Under the pieces are notes generated by a model. It ran no database searches and was not told where the DNA came from. It was given only the letters and a program-made list of their open reading frames with translations. The translations under genes and the position numbers were made by a program. From contig CAZHBX010000001.1 in the NCBI GenBank assembly GCA_964530795.1, forward strand, positions 92 to 64,091: a stretch of 64,000 bases of DNA. The letters are read 5' to 3'. Below, piece after piece: positions 45,398 through 52,290 of this stretch (its first letter is position 1; each line of letters opens with the position of its first letter). The DNA is from an uncultured Ruminococcus sp. (GTDB lineage: Bacteria > Bacillota > Clostridia > Oscillospirales > CAG-382).

Positions 45398-45426
45398 AGT
45401 ATACACCCGCTTTTTGAAAAAAGCAA
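45398..45426 (-). promoter_or_regulatory. Candidate sigma-A promoter of the phosphonate operon
   Basis: Minus strand: TTGCTT (45426-45421), 17-nt spacer, TATACT (45403-45398), in an AT-rich spacer. It predicts a leader of about 100 nt. Confidence 0.6.
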
Positions 45427-45504
45427 GTGTTTTTCAAAAAATTTCCGTGCATAATCAAAAATTGTACAGTTTCACGGTTCATTTTTTCCAAAAAAGCAGC
45501 AGAT

Positions 45505-45543
45505 AGAAAACAAGCGGGTCAAAAAAACCGGAACCCGCTTGTT
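45505..45543 (-). terminator. Rho-independent terminator of the lipoprotein gene
   Basis: 11-bp perfect stem AACAAGCGGGT/ACCCGCTTGTT (45509-45519/45533-45543) with a 13-nt loop. The minus-strand tail is TTCTATCT..CTTTTTT. Confidence 0.6.
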
Positions 45544-45632
45544 CATAAAATACGGCCATTGTTTCACGATTGATGCGTACCGCCAATGGCGGTACGCATG
45601 AAAACAGGCTCATCAAAACCGGAAAAGAACCG

Positions 45633-47411
45633 TCAGTCCGCCTTGAATTCGCCGGTATAGGAGCCAACCGTGACCGTGTAAGTCTCGCCTTTGGTCAGTT
45701 CGGGCAGGCTAAGGATGACCACCGCGTAGGGCAGCGACGGTTCGACGGTCAGCAGGATCTCCCCGCCGTCCCGCAGGACGATCTGCGTTCCGGCGGGCTG
45801 GTTCCCGACTTGCAGGGCGATAACCCCCTGCGACGAACCGCTGAATGTCTGCGCCATTCCGGCGCCGCCCGTTCCGACGAACCGACCGCCCGTGATTACG
45901 CCGCCGGTGTCAAAATCCAGCGCGGCGGTGTCACCCTCCGTCGGGCCGGTAACCGTCACGTCTCCGCCGGAGATCTCCAGCGAGCCATTCACATCAATCC
46001 CGTCGCCGTAAGCGACGATCGAAACCGTCCCGCCGGAAATAACGACCGAGCCGTCGGAGGAGCCGCCCGGTCCGCCGCCCGGTCCGCGCCCGCCGCCGAA
46101 GCCGAAGCCGCTTTCGTCCGTGCCGCCCGCCGCGTTGATGCCGTCGTCGTCCGCTGTCAGTTGAATCTCCCCGCCGGTGACGAGCACGTGCAGCCCTTCG
46201 ATCCCTTCGTAGCTATTCTCGACGCGAATGGTCCCGCCGGTCACGGTCAGGGCCTCGTCTGCATGAAAGCCATCGTCCCCGGTCAAAATCGTGAACGTCC
46301 CGCCGGCGACCGTCACATCGCCGTTGGAATGCACGGCGTCGTCGGCGCTGTCGAGTGCGAACGTCCCGCCGGCGAGCAGCAGCCCGCCGTCCGCTTTGAT
46401 CGCCTTTGTACTCTCCGTCGAATCGGTATCGGTCGAGGAGGTCACAGCGCGATTCCAGCCGGACCCGCCGAAACCGCCGGACGCATGCTGCGGACCGTTT
46501 TCGTGCCCGCCGCCGGACGTGACCGTCACGTCCCCGCCGGACACCCCCAGTGCGCCGCTCGCGCTGATCCCATCGCCGTCCGACACGACGGACAGCGAAC
46601 CGTCGGCGAGGTAGAAGTACCCGAGCGTCTCGTCACCCTCGTTCTCGACGTGGACGCCGTCCTTGCCGGTCTCCAGCACAAGTGCGGCGCCGTCGATGCG
46701 GACGCTGTCGTTCACATCAAATCCGTGCGAACCCGCCCGAACGGTATAGGTTCCGCCGGTAAGCACCAGGTCGTCCTTGCAGACCACCCCGTGCCCGCCC
46801 GGAGAAGTTACGGTCAGGCGGCCCGCGCCGTTGCAGGTCAGGTCCTGCTTGGAGAACAACACCCCGTCGATGCTGTCCCCATCGTCTGAAACGAAGGAAC
46901 CGCCGTTTGACAGAGTGTTCTCGCTGTCCTCCGCGAGCGTGATAAACACCTTGTCCGCCTCGCGGATGTACAGGGCGGCGGACGCGGAGCTGTTGACGTT
47001 CACCCCGTCGAGCACCAGCTGCAATTGATCGTTTTCCCCCGCGTCGACGAGAATCTGCCCATTGTCGAGCGTACCGGACAGGACGTAGGTTCCCTCGGCC
47101 CTGATCGTCACGGTTCCGCCGTCCACCGTCACGTCTTTGCTGTCACATTCCGCCGTCAAGCCTTGCAGCAGGATCCGCACGGCGTCCCCGTCGTCGTAGG
47201 ACGTGCGGCGGTCGCGGTCGGTGAATAGCGCGGCTTCGTCCCACGAAACCGCGCCCGAAAGGGTCCCCGAAACCGCGTCCGCTCCGCCATCGCCCGCCAA
47301 ACCTGCCGATTCCGCCGACGTGTCCTGCGAATGCGACTGCGCCTTCCCCGCCCCGCAGGCGGTGAGCAGTCCCGCCGCAAGCAGCAGCGACAGGAGCGCC
47401 TGCTTCTTCAT
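45633..47411 (-). CDS. Lipoprotein with Gly/Asp-rich parallel beta-helix repeats (Cthe_2159-like carbohydrate-binding family, tentative)
   Basis: ATG 47411 lies 8 nt after GGAGG. The signal peptide has the lipobox LLTAC. Many repeats of the form GG.V.V.SG.DGI/GGT.T. are present. Confidence 0.7.
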   Translation of the reverse strand: MKKQALLSLLLAAGLLTACGAGKAQSHSQDTSAESAGLAGDGGADAVSGTLSGAVSWDEAALFTDRDRRTSYDDGDAVRILLQGLTAECDSKDVTVDGGTVTIRAEGTYVLSGTLDNGQILVDAGENDQLQLVLDGVNVNSSASAALYIREADKVFITLAEDSENTLSNGGSFVSDDGDSIDGVLFSKQDLTCNGAGRLTVTSPGGHGVVCKDDLVLTGGTYTVRAGSHGFDVNDSVRIDGAALVLETGKDGVHVENEGDETLGYFYLADGSLSVVSDGDGISASGALGVSGGDVTVTSGGGHENGPQHASGGFGGSGWNRAVTSSTDTDSTESTKAIKADGGLLLAGGTFALDSADDAVHSNGDVTVAGGTFTILTGDDGFHADEALTVTGGTIRVENSYEGIEGLHVLVTGGEIQLTADDDGINAAGGTDESGFGFGGGRGPGGGPGGSSDGSVVISGGTVSIVAYGDGIDVNGSLEISGGDVTVTGPTEGDTAALDFDTGGVITGGRFVGTGGAGMAQTFSGSSQGVIALQVGNQPAGTQIVLRDGGEILLTVEPSLPYAVVILSLPELTKGETYTVTVGSYTGEFKAD

Positions 47412-47545
47412 ATGCCATGCCTCCCCGTTGGTTTTTCTTTGAGTATATGCTATAAAAATGAAACGTTTCGGTCGGAAAACGTGAATTTTTTGCAGATTAT
47501 TTTGAACAAACCGTAAATCCTTTCTCCGCCCGGACGCCTTCCGGC

Positions 47546-47574
47546 TTGACAAGGCGAGGGGATTGTGCTATGAT
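47546..47574 (+). promoter_or_regulatory. Sigma-A type promoter of the ABC-like gene
   Basis: TTGACA (47546-47551), 17-nt spacer, TGcTATGAT (47566-47574). The track ORF start at 47546 is the -35 box itself. Confidence 0.75.
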
Positions 47575-47596
47575 GAAAATAAAGGGAGGAAAATGT

Positions 47597-48232
47597 ATGA
47601 AGTCCGTACAGTCGCTCGAAATCACCCTGCGGCAGGGGCGGGTGTTCTGCAAATCCGCGTTCTATACCGCGTCGGACGGCTTTGACGCGGAGATCCGCTA
47701 CACCTTCACGCCGGGGATCCATCGGTTGATCGGAGACATCGATTCCGGAGTGTGGGCGGTCAGCTATCTGCTGTCCATGTACTGCCATACCCCGAAGTGC
47801 TTCTCCATGTTCGAACCGCCGGAAGTAACGGTGAACGGGAATGCGCTGTCCCTCGAGGAATTCGCTCGCTTCGCCTGCTACCTCGATAAGTCCTACCCGC
47901 TCTTCGCGAAAACCGCGCCGGTGTGCCGGCTGATCCAGAACGGCCTGCGCAGGACTCGCTCGAAACAGTCGCCGGAGGAGGTGCGGGAGCTTTTCGGCAT
48001 CTCCTCCGAGCGGTTCGACCGCCCGCTGTCCGATATGGGGGACGAACTGCTGCAGGCGATGGTCTCCGTGGCGTACAGCCAGAGGAAGGACGTTTTCTGC
48101 TTCCCGTGGATGAGTGAAAAGCGCCTTTCGGAGGTCCGCGAGAAGCTGCCGACGCTGCTCGACACCCTCGAGAGGTTGGGAAAAATCGTGCTGCTGCCCG
48201 TCGGTTCGCAGGCGGAAAAGCTGCTTCCGTAA
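47597..48232 (+). CDS. Stand-alone ABC-ATPase-like protein with degenerate catalytic motifs
   Basis: AAGGGAGGA RBS then ATG 47597. The layout matches an ABC nucleotide-binding domain, but Walker A reads GDIDSGVWAVS, the signature reads LSDMGDE and Walker B reads VFCFPWMSE. Confidence 0.55.
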   Translation: MKSVQSLEITLRQGRVFCKSAFYTASDGFDAEIRYTFTPGIHRLIGDIDSGVWAVSYLLSMYCHTPKCFSMFEPPEVTVNGNALSLEEFARFACYLDKSYPLFAKTAPVCRLIQNGLRRTRSKQSPEEVRELFGISSERFDRPLSDMGDELLQAMVSVAYSQRKDVFCFPWMSEKRLSEVREKLPTLLDTLERLGKIVLLPVGSQAEKLLP

Positions 48233-48399
48233 AAGGTTTCCGGTTTTTGTTCGATTTGATTCCTCCGGCAATTCAATGCATGTCCGCTGTACCGGCCGAT
48301 TTTCACGATCTGTCTTATGAAATACGGAGGGTGACTCCGCTTCGGCCAGCAGGCTGGGAGAGGATCGCCTGTTCCTCGGTGGCGGGCGGGTACTTCCGG

Positions 48400-48790
48400 A
48401 TCGCCCACACGCAGCGAAGCCCGGCCATTCCAGCGTTTCGGCGTGCTGCGGAACGCCGAAATTGTTCCGGTGTCGGTCCTCGTTTGCAAGGTAAAGTTCA
48501 AGTCGTTTCCCTCGTTTCGTTTGGCACTCCTGCCGGACAGCGCCTTTTTCAAAACGCGAAGCTCCGCCTGCAAATCCTTGCGTTTTTCTATTTTTCGGAC
48601 AGCGGTTCGATCTCTTCATCGTGCAGATACCGGCTCTGCTTAACGCCGCCCTGTGACCATTGATGGTAGTAATAGGTTTTTCCGCTGATGGTTTTTTTGC
48701 GAAGCCGTCAATAGCGAGTCCGCGCGTCCGCGCGGCAAAAGCTGTGCTTTTGTGCTTTGCGGCAGCAAAGCTGCGATGCTATTCTACCCT
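48400..48790 (-). pseudogene. Decayed gene remnants, including a HipA-type kinase catalytic-loop motif
   Basis: One frame reads ..KKTISGKTYYYHQWSQGGVKQSRYLHDEEIEPLSEK and then stops. A +1 shift continues as IEKRKDLQAELRVLKKAL. A third frame reads LYLANEDRHRNNFGV (48455-48484), matching the D-x-H-x-x-N-F motif of HipA-family kinases. No intact ORF is present. Confidence 0.35.
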
Positions 48791-48849
48791 GTTTTAACCC
48801 CTTTTGTCAATGGCATAACAGCAGGAGTCAAGAAAATTTCCATACGATT

Positions 48850-49116
48850 ATGAAGACTGCAGGAATCAAGGGCAGCTCCCACAAAAACGGCTCGCCCAAT
48901 ACGCTGGCGGATGGGTTTATCAGGGGCGCGAAAGATGCCGGGCATGAGATCTTAGAATTGGACGCAGCGCACATGGATATCCATCCGTGTCCCGGATGTA
49001 AGCACCGCGGGATGGACGGTCCCTGCGCATAGAAGGATGACATAGAAAAGATCCGGGATGCGCTGCTTTTTTCCGATGGGGTGACAGAATGGGCGGACGG
49101 CCTTGGCATTCAGTGA
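48850..49116 (+). pseudogene. Truncated flavodoxin-like FMN reductase / iron-sulfur flavoprotein gene
   Basis: MKTAGIKGSSHKNGSPNTLADGFIRGAKDAGHEILELD...PCPGCKHRGMDGPC matches the N-terminus of this family. There is an in-frame TAG at 49030, and homology ends after ..KDDIEKIRDALLFSDG. Confidence 0.55.
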
Positions 49117-49129
49117 AGGAGTAGCATGA

Positions 49130-51664
49130 ATGAAGCAACCAAAACAGATGATCAGACGAATTGTTGACTTGTGCATGGTCATCCTTCTGCCGCTTTTGAT
49201 GGCGGAAGTCCTGATCGGACAGGAAATCCACGAATGGCTCGGGACGGGAATGCTGGTTTTGTTTATCGCCCACCACGTTCTAAATGTTGGCTGGTGGAAA
49301 ACTCTCTTCAAAGGGAGATATACGCCGTCCCGCTGCTTTGGCGTGTCCCTCGACCTGCTGCTCCTTTTGGATATTATAGCTTTAGGCGTAAGCGGGATCA
49401 TGCTGTCCGGCTTTGTCTTTGACTTTCTCCCCATAAGCGGAGGGATGGCAGTCGCGAGAAAACTTCACCTCTTTGCCTCTTACTGGGGGCTGATCCTGAT
49501 GTCGGCGCACCTGGGACTGCATATGGAAATGCTCATAGGAGTCGGAAGGAAGCTGTTCCATATTTCAGGAAAGGGCGTGGCAAGGAAGTGGATTTTACGC
49601 GCACTCGCCGCGTCAGTATGCGCTTATGGCATTTACGCCTTTGCCAGCCAACGCATCTGGGACTATCTGTTCCTGCGGACGCATTTCGTGATGTTTGACG
49701 AGACAAAGACGGCGGTCGTCTACTTTGCCGAAACCGCCGCTATGATTGTGCTTTTCGCGGCGGCCGCGCACTACCTGAACAAACTTTTACGCCTTATGGG
49801 AAAGAAATCCGAAAAGAAGCAATTGAATGGAACGGCATGGAAAATATGCGCGTTCGCCGTTCCCGTGCTTGTTTGTGCGCTTGTGATTGCGGGGTTCAAT
49901 ATGCCATCGCGAAATTTGCCGTGGCAAAGCAAACCTGCCGAGCCTCCGACAAACAGCAATCTTGAACAAACCGCGGATGTGCAGGACGGATTTGTACTGA
50001 TAAAAGGCGACAGTTATAAAATGGGAAGCCCGAAGGATGAGCCGTGGCGCTCCGGCGATGAGGCACAGCACACTGTGACAGTGAGCGATTTCTATATCAG
50101 CCCCTATGAGGTCAGGCAAAGCGACTATGAATCGGTCACGGGAGAAAATCCTTCCAATTTTGCCGGAGATAACCTCCCCGTTGAAAACGTGTCGTGGCTG
50201 GACGCCATTGCTTACTGCAACGCGCTAAGCGAGAAGGAAAACCTCACGCCCGCCTATGCCGTGGACGGGCAGACTGTCACATGGGACAGGAGCGCGAACG
50301 GCTACCGTCTGCCCACCGAGGCGGAATGGGAATACGCCTGCCGCGCCGGGACGGCGACGCCGTTTAATACCGAAACCTCCATCGGCCCGGAGGAATCCAA
50401 CTATTATGGACATTACCCCTACGAGATCGAGAACAACTATTTTTCCCAAGGGAACCTTTCGACAAAGCCGGGCGAATACAGGCAGACGACGGTCGCCGTG
50501 GACAGTTTCTCCCCAAACGCCTGGGGGCTTTACAATATGCACGGCAACGTCAGCGAATGGGTGTGGGATTTCTACGGCGAATATGACATGTCCGACACCG
50601 CCGACCCCACAGGTCCTGAAACAGGGACGCGCCGCGTCTACCGGGGCGGCGGCTGGAACGATTTCGCCAAGAATCTGCGCTCTGCCTACCGTGCCACTCT
50701 GCCGGAGGATAAAGGCAGCTTCAACCTCGGCATCCGCCTTGTGCGGAACGCTGTGAACGGCGCGGGAAGTGTCACTACTTCCGGAACAGAAAATGAAACG
50801 GCAGATGGCGGAAAGGTATTGATTGCCTTCTTCTCTTGGGGCGGAAACACCAGAGGGATCGCGGAAGAAATCCAATCGCAGACCGGGGCGGATCTCTTTG
50901 AGATCGAGCTTGTCAATCCCTATTCAACCGACTACAACACCGTACTCGACCAGGCACAGCACGACCAGAACATCCAGGCGAGGCCGGAGATCAAAAACCA
51001 TGCGGAGAATTTTGAACAGTATGACACCATCCTCTTAGGCTATCCAAACTGGTGGGCGTCCATTCCCATGCCGATTGCCTCATTTTTAGAGGCGTATGAC
51101 TTTTCGGGCAAGACGATCATCCCGTTCTGCTCCCACGGGGGAGGGCGTTTCGGGCAGAGCCTGACGGCGATCGCCAAGCTGGCCCCTGATGCCGATATAG
51201 GCGAGCCGCTGTCTATCCATTACTCCGGCGGAAGCACACTGCCGGACGACATTGCAGACTGGCTGAAAGCAAATCGTATCCATGAAGGAGAGGAGGAAAA
51301 CGCTATGATGCAGATGAAAATCGGCGATACCGTAGTTTCGGTGGACTGGGAAAACAACACATCCGTGGAAGCATTGAGAGCACTGTGCGCAGATCATCCC
51401 CTGGAGATTCCGATGTCTATGTATGGCGGTTTTGAGCAGGTGGGTTCTCTCGGGCAGAACCTGCCGAATAGTGATTCGCAGATAACCACAGCCGCGGGAG
51501 ACATCGTCCTGTATTCCGGCGATCAGATTGTCGTGTTTTACGGATCGAATACGTGGTCCTACACCCGGCTTGGCAGGATTACGGACAAAACAAAAGACGA
51601 AATGGCAAAGCTTCTTTCCGGCGGCGATGTGACCGTCACGATAGCGGGGGGCAACATGGAATGA
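49130..51664 (+). CDS. Multidomain fusion: polytopic membrane domain (DUF4405-like) - SUMF1/FGE-like domain - flavodoxin-like domain - cyclophilin-like domain
   Basis: Seven hydrophobic segments by eye (aa 10-260). The SUMF1/FGE fold shows YRLPTEAEWEYACRAG, GLYNMHGNVSEWVWD and RVYRGGGW. The flavodoxin_4-like module shows VLIAFFSWGGNTRGIAEEI and ILLGYPNWWASIP. The C-terminal ~115 aa form a cyclophilin-like module (GDIVLYSGDQIVVFYG). Confidence 0.8.
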   Translation: MKQPKQMIRRIVDLCMVILLPLLMAEVLIGQEIHEWLGTGMLVLFIAHHVLNVGWWKTLFKGRYTPSRCFGVSLDLLLLLDIIALGVSGIMLSGFVFDFLPISGGMAVARKLHLFASYWGLILMSAHLGLHMEMLIGVGRKLFHISGKGVARKWILRALAASVCAYGIYAFASQRIWDYLFLRTHFVMFDETKTAVVYFAETAAMIVLFAAAAHYLNKLLRLMGKKSEKKQLNGTAWKICAFAVPVLVCALVIAGFNMPSRNLPWQSKPAEPPTNSNLEQTADVQDGFVLIKGDSYKMGSPKDEPWRSGDEAQHTVTVSDFYISPYEVRQSDYESVTGENPSNFAGDNLPVENVSWLDAIAYCNALSEKENLTPAYAVDGQTVTWDRSANGYRLPTEAEWEYACRAGTATPFNTETSIGPEESNYYGHYPYEIENNYFSQGNLSTKPGEYRQTTVAVDSFSPNAWGLYNMHGNVSEWVWDFYGEYDMSDTADPTGPETGTRRVYRGGGWNDFAKNLRSAYRATLPEDKGSFNLGIRLVRNAVNGAGSVTTSGTENETADGGKVLIAFFSWGGNTRGIAEEIQSQTGADLFEIELVNPYSTDYNTVLDQAQHDQNIQARPEIKNHAENFEQYDTILLGYPNWWASIPMPIASFLEAYDFSGKTIIPFCSHGGGRFGQSLTAIAKLAPDADIGEPLSIHYSGGSTLPDDIADWLKANRIHEGEEENAMMQMKIGDTVVSVDWENNTSVEALRALCADHPLEIPMSMYGGFEQVGSLGQNLPNSDSQITTAAGDIVLYSGDQIVVFYGSNTWSYTRLGRITDKTKDEMAKLLSGGDVTVTIAGGNME

Positions 51665-51709
51665 AACAGCGGGACAGTCTTTGAAAAAAACAATGAAGAT
51701 ATTTCAAAG

Positions 51710-51943
51710 GTGTTTTTCACCTTCGATATCAGCGCCGAGGGCATGGTGAAAGTGTATGGGGCTCTCGGCTGGAAACCGGAGGGAAAAGTCGCGGTGAAGC
51801 TTTCCACTGGGGAACCGCCGGCGAGCAATTATCTGCGTCCGGAACTGATTCAAGATGTTGTGCAAACCGCGGACGGGACGATCGTAGCGTGCAATACGGC
51901 ATACGGCGGCTCCCGCGCGGGTATGTTCCCGCCTTTCCGGTAG
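51710..51943 (+). pseudogene. N-terminal fragment of a DUF362-family gene
   Basis: FFTFDISAEGMVKVYGALGWKPEGKVAVKLSTGEPPASNYLRPELIQDVVQTADGTIVACNTAYGGSR matches the DUF362 N-terminus. The frame ends after 77 aa, whereas the family is normally over 300 aa. Confidence 0.5.
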
Positions 51944-52232
51944 TCAAGGCTTATCCCGCACGGCGCGCAGGGCAGAATCCGCCCGATTCGATTGTTTTGC
52001 ACCCAAATGCGCCACGTTGCGCCCAACCCGCACCCAATGCCCCCAAACTGGGTGCCAACGTGTGTTTGTATCAATCTCAATGGGGAACTTCCCATATAAT
52101 CCCTTTAGGAATCGCAGAATGAACGGCCTTAGACAATGTATATCCATCGATCCATGACCATTCCGAAGAAAATGCAGAACGGTCGTATTCGGCAAATACG
52201 GCTCGGGGCAACGCCCACCCTTCGCCTCCATG

Positions 52233-52263
52233 CAAAAAAGGACGGCTCTGACGAACCGTCCTT
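52233..52263 (-). terminator. Rho-independent terminator of rplQ (alpha operon end)
   Basis: AAGGACGG/CCGTCCTT 8-bp stem with a 10-nt loop. The minus strand follows with TTTTT, and the plus strand also has TTTTCT after the stem. Confidence 0.8.
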
Positions 52264-52290
52264 TTCTGCCGCCGTGTACATCTTTCGTAC

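Noticed and set aside
48737-48775. Two consecutive short hairpins (GCAAAAGC..GCTTTTGT and GCTTTGC-GGCA-GCAAAGC)
   Set aside because: They are short, lack T-tracts and lie within the decayed remnant region. I cannot distinguish them from chance palindromes.
51944-52231. 95-aa minus-strand ORF between the DUF362 stump and the rplQ terminator
   Set aside because: It has no RBS and no recognisable family. It lies in the decayed segment and is probably non-coding or an unidentifiable remnant.
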